In this document: positions 38,137 to 46,759 of the stretch, piece by piece
How the letters are laid out: each line of letters starts with the position of its first letter
Position numbering within the stretch: the stretch's first letter is position 1
Virus record (IMG/VR): IMGVR_UViG_2029527005_000013
Direction: 5' to 3' (one strand)
From: a virus
DNA: 64,000 bases
The notes under the pieces: model-generated
Databases searched by the model: none
What the model was told of the DNA's origin: nothing
What the model saw: the letters and a program-made list of their open reading frames with translations, nothing else
Translations under genes and position numbers: made by a program

Positions 38137-38514
38137 TTATCCACCTCGCATCCGTTTGTTCCGGGCCTGAATCTCAGCATTTTTACGAGCCTGTTCAATG
38201 TCCCGGTCCTTGGCTTCCTGTACGAAATCTTGGATGTCCAGATATTCGTTTTTCTTCAGGAGGTCTTCCATATCTCCGGCCTCGATAGAAATCTCATTGA
38301 CGCCCTTGAAACGCTCCATTACCCGGAAGAAGAGGTAGTCATACCATTTGAGAGACGAGTTCTTCCTTGCGTACTCAACAGCCTTCTCAACCGTACTTAG
38401 CGGGATCAGATTTCCGTCTGGGTCGTCTTCTCGTCCAGTGCTTCCACCGCTCGAACCAGCCCCAGTTTCTTGAGGAAGTTGTCGATGGTCCCGAAACCGC
38501 TCTTGCCGAAAAAA
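38137..38514 (-). CDS. tail assembly chaperone -1 frameshift extension (lambda gpGT-like)
   Basis: The -1 frame opens a few codons before slippery T TTT TTC (38508-38514) and stays open to TAA at 38137. Confidence 0.8.
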   Translation of the reverse strand, partial: FFRQERFRDHRQLPQETGAGSSGGSTGREDDPDGNLIPLSTVEKAVEYARKNSSLKWYDYLFFRVMERFKGVNEISIEAGDMEDLLKKNEYLDIQDFVQEAKDRDIEQARKNAEIQARNKRMRGG

Positions 38515-38882
38515 CAGCCGTAGTTGACTTCAACCACCTTAGCAAGCAGAGTAATCAGGTCTTCAACGTGTCCCTCGAACACTTCGTCGATGTCAATCGG
38601 GCCACCCATGTTGTCAACTTCAATGCCGTCGAGCAACAGGTTGATGATCTCCATCCCGCCGTCTTCGATCTGATCGAGGATGTACAGGATTGCGGTTGGT
38701 ACTGCATCTTTCAGACCTTCTCCACCGGAGAACGCCGTACCTGCCATTGTGCCCATCGGTACAGCCACCAGGCGACCAATCTTAGGCATATTCTTAATCA
38801 CCTGCGTCGGTGACCAATGGTAGACCGTGAAGGTCTTTCCACCGCAGAGAACGATCTCTGTGGATTTTTGAATCTTGAACAT
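38406..38882 (-). CDS. tail assembly chaperone (gpG-like)
   Basis: Between the tube and tape measure genes; contains the slippery heptamer. Confidence 0.85.
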   Translation of the reverse strand: MFKIQKSTEIVLCGGKTFTVYHWSPTQVIKNMPKIGRLVAVPMGTMAGTAFSGGEGLKDAVPTAILYILDQIEDGGMEIINLLLDGIEVDNMGGPIDIDEVFEGHVEDLITLLAKVVEVNYGCFFGKSGFGTIDNFLKKLGLVRAVEALDEKTTQTEI

Positions 38883-38950
38883 GATACACTCCTGTGTCTT
38901 CTGTTAAAAGTCCGTGCCGTGAGAAAGGCCACTTCCCTGTGGCTCACGTG

Positions 38951-39433
38951 TTACTGGTCGAGACCCAGCAGTCCGGTTACGCCAGCGGCAACACCCTGAA
39001 TCTGGTCAGGTGCCAGCCATGCGTCCAGTACGCCGATTTCCCAGTCCATCTGACCAACGTCAGTACCGTAGGACAGGTCAGGCTGTTTCTGAATCCAGCC
39101 GATGGTGTTCAGGGACAGACCCTGTGAACCTTCGACTTGGACAGGCAGGTAAATCGCGCCAGTTACGTTGGCTTGACGCTGCCACTGTGCCAGATAGCCA
39201 TTCCACTTCGCGGTGTTCTGGAGGGAAAGGGTCATAACACCCGTGTTGTCACGGGACAATGCGTTACTGATCTCGCCATCAACGCCCGCATGGACGCTGA
39301 TGTTGTCGTTGTTACGAGAGATGACGATCTTCGTATCCGCTGCGAAACCAGATACCTTCTGACCCCCGATAAATACCAGGACTTTCGCTGGGTCATACGC
39401 TTGCAGCGTCAGGATTTTTGATTGGTTGAGCAT
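38951..39433 (-). CDS. tail tube protein
   Basis: AYDPAKVLVFIGG..VSGFA...GVDGE motif; follows the sheath gene. Confidence 0.88.
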   Translation of the reverse strand: MLNQSKILTLQAYDPAKVLVFIGGQKVSGFAADTKIVISRNNDNISVHAGVDGEISNALSRDNTGVMTLSLQNTAKWNGYLAQWQRQANVTGAIYLPVQVEGSQGLSLNTIGWIQKQPDLSYGTDVGQMDWEIGVLDAWLAPDQIQGVAAGVTGLLGLDQ

Positions 39434-39436
39434 TCA

Positions 39437-40852
39437 TTACACTCCTACAGCAGAAGAGGTCATCGGTGCCTGAGCGTTAGTGCCCTGGCCCGCCGGGCGA
39501 TCCAGAACAACGGCAGCGCGGATCTTGACGTAATGCAGGGAGTTGTTGTACACAATCTCCACCTTCACGTCACGCAGGATACGTGCAGCGAGGTCATTCG
39601 TCGGGATCTGGGCACGTTTCGGAATGACGATCGTCGGGTCATAGGACACTTTGTTTTCAGTGTCGTAACCAGTCAGGATGCCACCGTTACGGATACCGAT
39701 GTTGATCGGGTTGTTCATCAGCACAGACTTCAGAACCGGAAGGTCTTCGTCGCTCATCTTCATAGACAGGCCCATGTCAGAACGGCGCTTCATGTACGCG
39801 AACACGGATTCTTCCATACGGAACTTAACCCAGTGGGAGAAGCGAATCACGTCAACATACTGACCAGAAGAAGTCTTGCCTTCGATGTAGCTGTTGGTGC
39901 CGTACATCGCACGATAGATGTTGGCGTTACGAGACCATGCGTTTGAACGCTGGGTGTCGGTCAGATTGCTTGGCTTCATGCCGGGCATGGTCTTCAGGTG
40001 CAGGGAGTCGCCGTAAGACGGGTCGTTTGCAGCCATCGCGCCGATAACGCAACCTTCGGTGAAGCTAACATCGGAGTCAGCGTCAGAGGTGCCCAGTGAG
40101 TTGTAGCTCAGAGCTTTCAGCGTGTCGAACACGGAAGCGCTTGAGTTCTCAGCGGCGTATGCGTCAGCATCAGAACTGTTGTAGATGTGCAGCTTATAGT
40201 TGGCCTTCGCAAACTCAGCCGCCGCTACAATATCCGCATCAGAACGAGCTTCGTGTGACACGAAGTACCAGTTATGGTTCTCGCCAACAACCTGCGGCAG
40301 TACAGTCGCAACGGTCTCTGCTGAGTCGTTCACGATCTTGTAGTTGCCAGCGCCTTTACCAACGCTCAGGATCTCTGCCGATTGCAGAGTCACAACAGTG
40401 CCAGTGGCAGTTGCGGTAACTTTCCCTTGCAGGTCAGCGTCATCGGTGATACCCTGCGCCAGCGCCGTAGCGATCTGAGCCGGGGTGTTGCCAGGCAGAA
40501 TGTTAACTTTAACAACTTTGACCATGCGGTTCAAGGTCAGGTTAACGACAACCTGTTCGGTGTTAGTGGTTCCGGTGAAATCCACTTTGGAATCACCCAG
40601 TGCCATACGTCCGATACCAACACGCTGCGGGGCGAAGTTCCCTGCGAATGCGTTAGTTGCGAACTGGTAGGCCGGGGAACCAACGGCAAAACCATCAGCA
40701 ACCATCCCGTCAGTGGACACGTAGAAGCGAACACGCTCTGGGAAGTTATTGTGGATTGCCAGGAACATCGGGGTTTCAAAGCCAACGGTGTCGATTGGTT
40801 GAGTGCCAAGGCTAACCTCAACGTCAACTACCTTGTCTTGATATTCAGCCAT
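39437..40852 (-). CDS. tail sheath protein
   Basis: DUF3383-type sheath pattern (KTMPG...GQYVDVIRFSHW...); ATG at 40852. Confidence 0.92.
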   Translation of the reverse strand: MAEYQDKVVDVEVSLGTQPIDTVGFETPMFLAIHNNFPERVRFYVSTDGMVADGFAVGSPAYQFATNAFAGNFAPQRVGIGRMALGDSKVDFTGTTNTEQVVVNLTLNRMVKVVKVNILPGNTPAQIATALAQGITDDADLQGKVTATATGTVVTLQSAEILSVGKGAGNYKIVNDSAETVATVLPQVVGENHNWYFVSHEARSDADIVAAAEFAKANYKLHIYNSSDADAYAAENSSASVFDTLKALSYNSLGTSDADSDVSFTEGCVIGAMAANDPSYGDSLHLKTMPGMKPSNLTDTQRSNAWSRNANIYRAMYGTNSYIEGKTSSGQYVDVIRFSHWVKFRMEESVFAYMKRRSDMGLSMKMSDEDLPVLKSVLMNNPINIGIRNGGILTGYDTENKVSYDPTIVIPKRAQIPTNDLAARILRDVKVEIVYNNSLHYVKIRAAVVLDRPAGQGTNAQAPMTSSAVGV

Positions 40853-40912
40853 TTTCTGTCCTCTGCTTCTGAGACGATTATTGACCAGCACATATGTGCC
40901 AAGAAAAGGGGC

Positions 40913-41635
40913 TTACGCCCCATGATTGTCACTGATAAGCGCTGGCCTATCAATAACCGGAGTTTCCATGCAAACCGTGACCACGTTGTCGTGGTAGGTG
41001 ATCGGAGGGTTTGGTTTCGGTGGGAGACCTTCGTCATCGCCGCCCGGCTTCACACCCTTATCAATCTCCGCATCAATCTCACCAACGTTCTCGAACGGGT
41101 TGCCCAGAGAGTCCTGTGCAGTGATCCCGATGATCACGTGTTCCAGATCCTCAAACACACCAACGTCTTTCTCTACGAAAGTGGCGTTGAACGTCACAAG
41201 GATTCGTGCCCGGTTCTCGTACATCTGCTGGTTCAAAGGAACTCGCAAACGAGCGATTGACGAGCACGTGGAATAAGCGTATGGTGAGCCAGTGGGGAAG
41301 TATTGCTCTCTCAGGTAGGGCAGGCCGAAAGCCTGATGAACTCGGGAGAGTGCCCAATGGGGTTTCCCACGGTAAGCTGTGAGGGTGTAGGAGGCTTGGT
41401 AGTTGTGCGCCACATGGGTGACGCCTTCTGCATCCACAACCTCGTTTGTTGCCCAGTCGAGAGGGTCAAGCAATGTAAGGTCAACGAGGACGAACGGCCC
41501 TTCCACTTTAGGAATGGTTTCGTCAGCTTCAACGACTTTGTAGCCCGTTACGTCTTTAACAAGACGACCGACTGCCCTTGTCAGGTTGCCCATCACGACA
41601 TCAGAATTGGTAAAGTCAAGAGGGAAGTCCATCAC
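40913..41635 (-). CDS. tail terminator/neck protein
   Basis: Position before the sheath gene; YENRARILVTF motif. Confidence 0.75.
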   Translation of the reverse strand: MMDFPLDFTNSDVVMGNLTRAVGRLVKDVTGYKVVEADETIPKVEGPFVLVDLTLLDPLDWATNEVVDAEGVTHVAHNYQASYTLTAYRGKPHWALSRVHQAFGLPYLREQYFPTGSPYAYSTCSSIARLRVPLNQQMYENRARILVTFNATFVEKDVGVFEDLEHVIIGITAQDSLGNPFENVGEIDAEIDKGVKPGGDDEGLPPKPNPPITYHDNVVTVCMETPVIDRPALISDNHGA

Positions 41636-42072
41636 ATACCCCCTTGAGTGCCTACCGGAACAGCGATGAGGTAGTAACGATAACGAGAAACACCAGAACT
41701 TGGGAACTGGTCAGCCTTCATCACCGTGAACCACGTCTTACCGCCGCCGGAGTCCGGCAGCAACAGTTGATCAGCAAGATCATCCGTTCCTTCACGTGCC
41801 CGGTACATCAGTGTTTCTGAGTAAACAGTATAGGAGTCATAATCCTCTTCACCGCCAATCATCAACTGGTTGTTCTGGTCACGAATGGCCTTCCCACGCA
41901 TTGGTTGAATGGTACACTCAACCGCCGTGAAAGGCGTGTATTCTACATCGACCCCGCCGTTTACAAACGGATCGTCCGGGTCAGATTTACTCCAAGTCCT
42001 GCGCCGACCCTCTACCTCGATACGGGGGATGAGTCGGTTCCTGTTGGACAACAGGCTATATGCACGTTTCAT
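41632..42072 (-). CDS. head-closure (head-tail adaptor) protein
   Basis: CTIQP...YTVYSET motif; synteny. Confidence 0.75.
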   Translation of the reverse strand: MKRAYSLLSNRNRLIPRIEVEGRRRTWSKSDPDDPFVNGGVDVEYTPFTAVECTIQPMRGKAIRDQNNQLMIGGEEDYDSYTVYSETLMYRAREGTDDLADQLLLPDSGGGKTWFTVMKADQFPSSGVSRYRYYLIAVPVGTQGGM

Positions 42073-42080
42073 CAGGCCCC

Positions 42081-42542
42081 TCACTTACCTTGGTACTTGA
42101 CTACCTTGTACGTTGCCGCACTTGCCAGGTCGCCGTAGTGGATCATTGCATCATCAAATCCCTTGACGCTGGCCCAGTCTTTTGATACCTTCGGATTACT
42201 GAAGGAACCTTGGTCGATTGTGAATCGAATGCTGTTGGCTGCGTCCTTTCCGATCTTCTCAAGATAAGGCTTGAAGTCCCGGCCTTGGATGATCCCGTTG
42301 TGCATACGTTTAATATGCTTCATGAGACCTTCTTGGAAGTGAATGGAAGTGGAATACATGAAGTTACGTTCAGGCAGATTATTCCAGCCCTGCTCGTGAA
42401 TGGCGGCGAGTGTCGCCATATTCAGCCCAGAATAGTGTTTCTCGTCATAAAAACCAGATTCCACTTCTTTCTCAGCTAATTCAGACAGTTGGCTGAAATA
42501 CCGCTTCAGTTCAGAAATGTCAGTAGTAGACTTCCTAGCCAC
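42081..42542 (-). CDS. neck/tail completion protein (HK97 gp10-like)
   Basis: LAAIHEQG...PERNFM...MIHYGDL motif; GTG start. Confidence 0.8.
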   Translation of the reverse strand: MARKSTTDISELKRYFSQLSELAEKEVESGFYDEKHYSGLNMATLAAIHEQGWNNLPERNFMYSTSIHFQEGLMKHIKRMHNGIIQGRDFKPYLEKIGKDAANSIRFTIDQGSFSNPKVSKDWASVKGFDDAMIHYGDLASAATYKVVKYQGK

Positions 42543-42562
42543 GGTATTTCCCCATGAAAGTT

Positions 42563-42596
42563 ATTTTACCACATTAGGTTAGCAAAAGCAATAAAG
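42563..42596 (-). promoter_or_regulatory. promoter TTGCTT-N17-TAAAAT with extended -10 (TGTGGTAAAAT)
   Basis: Read on the minus strand upstream of 42542. Confidence 0.65.
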
Positions 42597-42607
42597 TCAA
42601 CGCTTTA

Positions 42608-43132
42608 TCAAAGCATCCACGGGCTACGGCGAGCGCCGCCCGGTGAGCGGTTCCAAATGGAATCACGAGGGACTGCTTTGGTAGGGTAGACACCTTGCTC
42701 CATGAACCCGTTGTAGGAGTTAGGGTTGTTCTTCACACGGAAAAACTCGTCCTTACGAACCCCGCCAATAATGACCAGTGAAGAGTTCATCGCCAGGCAA
42801 GGGTCGATATACTCCGGGTTTTTCTCCAAGAAGTCAAGGAAGTCTTTCCACGAATCCAGAGAGGAGCCGCCCTTGATGGAGATGGTCTCATCACCAATCT
42901 TCTCGAAACGTTCACGGATGGATGAGTTACCGCTGGAGATTTCCTGCGCCATCAACCAGCGAACGCAGTCCAAAACGGTGTAGTACAGGATCAGGGAGAA
43001 GCTCAGTTCCTTATCGCAAGCGCTATTCTTCCACTTGTAGTAGAACAGCTTGATGATCGCGTCTGGAAGCTCCTCCTCGGTGATATTGCCAAGCAAGGCC
43101 CGGACAATCTCGATAAATTCTTCAATAGGCAT
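42608..43132 (-). CDS. head-tail connector/adaptor protein
   Basis: RERFEKIGDETISI motif; GAGGAG RBS before ATG 43132. Confidence 0.78.
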   Translation of the reverse strand: MPIEEFIEIVRALLGNITEEELPDAIIKLFYYKWKNSACDKELSFSLILYYTVLDCVRWLMAQEISSGNSSIRERFEKIGDETISIKGGSSLDSWKDFLDFLEKNPEYIDPCLAMNSSLVIIGGVRKDEFFRVKNNPNSYNGFMEQGVYPTKAVPRDSIWNRSPGGARRSPWML

Positions 43133-43195
43133 AAGGATCTCCTCGGATGGTAGACTCAATGTTATCATATTTTGCACAAAAAGTCATTGACAGAC

Positions 43196-43222
43196 AAAAA
43201 GAAAGCCGCCCGGAGGCGGCTT
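43196..43222 (-). terminator. rho-independent terminator
   Basis: AAGCCGCC...GGCGGCTT followed by a T-tract. Confidence 0.8.
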
Positions 43223-43225
43223 ATC

Positions 43226-45652
43226 TTATGCAGCTTTTGTTGCCCACAGGCGGATTACCGTGGCATCACGGGAGCCGTAGAACTTGACGGTATAAACATC
43301 ACGAAGCAGCATGACGTTCATTTCGACCTGAACCTTGCCCGGGTCTCCGTCCAACATCGGCATCCGAATGTAGGAACTGCTTGAGTTCATGAACGACTCC
43401 CCTGCCATACCTTTAATGGCGGCAGTGTTGACGTTCAGTTGAGAGTAGTTATATGCTACCAACTCAGAACTCGAATTGGAGCTTCCAATCTCCAAGTACC
43501 CTTGGGTTCCGTACATGATGGCATTGATGAAGATGGTGTTGTTCAAATACAACTTAACCCCAGTCTTCATGTTGCCAGTGGCTGTCAAGAGACCGCTCCC
43601 CGCAGGACCGACAGGCCCTTGAGGTCCAGTCGCACCCGTGGCACCACGTGCTCCAGTATCTCCCTTAGCACCAGGGAGACCAGTGGCACCCTGAGACCCC
43701 GTAAGTCCTTGTGGACCTCGATCTCCAGTATCTCCCTTTGGACCCTGAGCGCCTTGAGGACCTTGTGCCCCCTGTGCTCCAGTGGCACCCTTCGCGCCTG
43801 TGTCCCCTTTCGGCCCAACCCCACCAGGGAGGCCGATGTCTCCTTTAGGGCCTTGGATTCCTTGAGGCCCGGCATCGCCCTTATCGCCCTTGGCCCCGGC
43901 TGGTCCGGTAGCCCCAGACTCGCCCTGAAGTCCGCGAGGACCCTGGTCGCCTTTGGCACCAACAGCACCCGCTGCCCCGGTATCGCCTTTAGGTCCTTGC
44001 AGGCCACGAGGACCTTCTGCCCCAGGGAGACCTTGGTCACCCTTGGCTCCGGCAGGTCCTTGAGGTCCTTGTGCGCCAGTGTCGCCCTTAGTGCCAGATG
44101 CTCCGGTATCTCCTTTCGGTCCGACCGCTCCGTCTGCGCCCTTGGCACCAGTCAGGCCCTGGTCTCCTTTCGGGCCAGCAGGTCCTTCGATACCGCGAGA
44201 ACCTGTATCACCCTTGGCCCCGGTATCACCTTTGTCTCCCTTATCACCCTTGGAACCATGTGCTGCCATGATTGCCCAGTAAGCATTGATTCGAGAGTCA
44301 CCTGCGCCAGCACCCTCTTCAGGGGGGATTCCTGTGGAGACTTGGATAGAGAAGTAGGTTGCCCCGTTGTAGGCAACAGCATCGTTGACGGCATAGGTGG
44401 CAGAGTCGTTGTATTGACCTTTCCACACAAGACCAGAAGCCCCGGTAGGGCCAACGTCGCCCTTGTCGCCTTTGTCTCCCTTGGCTCCCTTCATCGTCTC
44501 CAGGAAATCTTCGAAAGTCCCTTCAAAGCCTTCCCACTTGATGGCGGATTCGTACATATCCAAACCAGCAGGTCCCGGGAACCCTTGACCACCCATGAGG
44601 CCCTGCTCACCCTTTTCCCCTTGGATGCCTCGTGGACCTTCAGGTCCTACCTCTCCGGTGTCTCCTTTGTCTCCTTTTGCCCCAGCAGGTCCCTGAAGTC
44701 CAGTAGCACCACGAGGACCCTCTGAACCGACAGGTCCCTGAATGCCCTCTTCCCCCTGCGGGCCAACAGGACCTTGAATGCCTTGCTCACCACGAGGGCC
44801 AGCAACGCCAGAAACCCCTTGGTCCCCCTTGGCTCCGGCTGGGCCTACGTCACCCTTTTCTCCTTTAGGGCCTTGGTCACCTTTGATCCCTTGAGGACCT
44901 TCTACTCCCGCTGGACCTTGGATTCCTGCTTCACCACGTGATCCGGCGTCACCTTTAGGGCCAGCCGGGCCTACCGGGCCGATGTCTCCTTTCGGACCTT
45001 CAAGGCCCTGTTCTCCACGTGACCCATTTGCGCCCGCCGGGCCGTCAGGGCCTCGGGGACCCATTGGACCTTCAAGTCCTTGGTCGCCTTTAGGGCCTTG
45101 CAGTCCTTCAACGCCCTGCGCACCTTTATCACCTTTTGGTCCTGCGGGACCTACATCCCCAGGGGCACCTTGGGAACCTGCCTCCCCTTGTGGGCCAACA
45201 GCACCTTGCGCTGCCAGAAGTGCCCAGTTGGATGATGAGGATGGATCACCAGTTGGAGAGATACCTGTGCTATCCGTAAGACTGAAGTAACTCGCGCCCT
45301 CATGCCCTACGGCGTCATCTTTGGCATAGGTTACCGAGTCAGAATACTGACCTTTCCACGTCAAGCCGACCGGGCCGACAGGTCCTGCGGGACCGATGTC
45401 ACCTTTTGGCCCTGTGGCTCCGGTGGCCCCTGCTGCACCGTCAGATCCGCTCGTACCGTTATCACCTTTAGGCCCTCGTGGACCCTGCGGACCTTCAGGT
45501 CCTTGTGGACCCGGGTCACCTTTAGGACCTTGACCACCGCTACCGCCTGTGCCGATCTCCTCGAACGGAATCATCCGTTCGCCTTTCAGATCATACAGAG
45601 CATAGCCGTAGTATACACCATTCTGTTCGCCAGAAACACCTTTCAAGTTCAT
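43226..45652 (-). CDS. collagen-like fibre protein with two CBM5/12-like inserts
   Basis: Long Gly-X-Y runs; two WKGQY...TYA.ND.V.Y.GA.Y...W inserts; globular C-terminus. Confidence 0.88.
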   Translation of the reverse strand: MNLKGVSGEQNGVYYGYALYDLKGERMIPFEEIGTGGSGGQGPKGDPGPQGPEGPQGPRGPKGDNGTSGSDGAAGATGATGPKGDIGPAGPVGPVGLTWKGQYSDSVTYAKDDAVGHEGASYFSLTDSTGISPTGDPSSSSNWALLAAQGAVGPQGEAGSQGAPGDVGPAGPKGDKGAQGVEGLQGPKGDQGLEGPMGPRGPDGPAGANGSRGEQGLEGPKGDIGPVGPAGPKGDAGSRGEAGIQGPAGVEGPQGIKGDQGPKGEKGDVGPAGAKGDQGVSGVAGPRGEQGIQGPVGPQGEEGIQGPVGSEGPRGATGLQGPAGAKGDKGDTGEVGPEGPRGIQGEKGEQGLMGGQGFPGPAGLDMYESAIKWEGFEGTFEDFLETMKGAKGDKGDKGDVGPTGASGLVWKGQYNDSATYAVNDAVAYNGATYFSIQVSTGIPPEEGAGAGDSRINAYWAIMAAHGSKGDKGDKGDTGAKGDTGSRGIEGPAGPKGDQGLTGAKGADGAVGPKGDTGASGTKGDTGAQGPQGPAGAKGDQGLPGAEGPRGLQGPKGDTGAAGAVGAKGDQGPRGLQGESGATGPAGAKGDKGDAGPQGIQGPKGDIGLPGGVGPKGDTGAKGATGAQGAQGPQGAQGPKGDTGDRGPQGLTGSQGATGLPGAKGDTGARGATGATGPQGPVGPAGSGLLTATGNMKTGVKLYLNNTIFINAIMYGTQGYLEIGSSNSSSELVAYNYSQLNVNTAAIKGMAGESFMNSSSSYIRMPMLDGDPGKVQVEMNVMLLRDVYTVKFYGSRDATVIRLWATKAA

Positions 45653-45695
45653 ACTTGCTCCTCATGTGAAAAAACCGCCCCGAAGGGCGGCTTGA

Positions 45696-46070
45696 TTAAC
45701 CAGTGGTGACGATGTTATACTTGACTTCTTCCGTGGTGCTATCAGACATCTGGAAGGTCAGTGTAACCTCTGTGCCATTCACAGATGCGGAGATAGAAGT
45801 GATCCCCCGACCAGCAGCGCCCGCTGCCCCGGTGTCACCTTTAGCCCCGGCTGCACCTGCGGCACCCGTATCGCCTTTATCACCTTTTGGACCTTGAGGT
45901 CCGGCAGGCCCGGTGTCGCCTTTGTCCCCCTTATCGCCCTTCGGGCCGGGAGTTCCTGCACCACCGCCACCTTCGAACAGTTCAGTCAGGGTCTTGACTT
46001 CACCTGTCTCTTGGTTCATAATCTGGTAACCAGTCAGGGTTCCCAGTGATGCTCCGCCAATTGCAGCCAT
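45696..46070 (-). CDS. short collagen-like fibre protein
   Basis: Gly-X-Y run followed by GRGITSISASVNGTEVTLTFQMSD. Confidence 0.85.
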   Translation of the reverse strand: MAAIGGASLGTLTGYQIMNQETGEVKTLTELFEGGGGAGTPGPKGDKGDKGDTGPAGPQGPKGDKGDTGAAGAAGAKGDTGAAGAAGRGITSISASVNGTEVTLTFQMSDSTTEEVKYNIVTTG

Positions 46071-46071
46071 G

Positions 46072-46719
46072 TTATTCTCCTACGAAAGTGCTTGGGACTT
46101 CAGGAATGTCGGTGATGAGGGTTGACTCATACACAGACTTGATGTAAGTTAGCAAAGTTTGCTGGACTTTCCCGGTTGCAACGGAGATAGCATCAATCTT
46201 CTCAATTGCGTCGGCAGACGGCAGAGACAAGATTGAATAATCTGCTTTACGAACGAGAATGGTTTCATCCGGGTTAGCCACAGCGTAATCCCGGGTAGTT
46301 TTAAGGTTTACCAGTTCACGTGGCTCCACGGAGAAGATTTCTCCCGCCACCTGGACGCCGGACGCCAGATCAGAACTGAACACCTGGTATGCACGAATGC
46401 GATGGTCTTCTTGGGCGCGGGCCAAGTTCTCTGCCACTTCTTCTGGAGAGAAGTCACGAACGGTCCACGTTTTGTACCAGAAGCCATCTTCGTGGAGTTC
46501 CGGTTTACCTTCCTTGACGACATCACCGACTGGAACTTCAGAGTCATAAACCTTGAAGTAATTCCAGATCTCTGCCATCTCGTATTCCCATACGAAGTCG
46601 CCGATTGAGACGTTGGTGTGTTCTTTCAGGAAGTCGCTAAGATAGACGGGATACTTCATGTCGGACATACGAATCATCGGAGTCCAAGTGAAGATCTTGC
46701 TGGTTGGATCAATTGCCAT
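46072..46719 (-). CDS. fibre assembly/chaperone-like protein
   Basis: GDVVKEGKPELHEDGFWYKTWTVRDFSPEE motif; directly after the large collagen fibre gene; GGAG RBS. Confidence 0.65.
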   Translation of the reverse strand: MAIDPTSKIFTWTPMIRMSDMKYPVYLSDFLKEHTNVSIGDFVWEYEMAEIWNYFKVYDSEVPVGDVVKEGKPELHEDGFWYKTWTVRDFSPEEVAENLARAQEDHRIRAYQVFSSDLASGVQVAGEIFSVEPRELVNLKTTRDYAVANPDETILVRKADYSILSLPSADAIEKIDAISVATGKVQQTLLTYIKSVYESTLITDIPEVPSTFVGE

Positions 46720-46759
46720 TTTATCTCCTTGAGAAGGGGACCGAAGTCCCCTTTTACTA

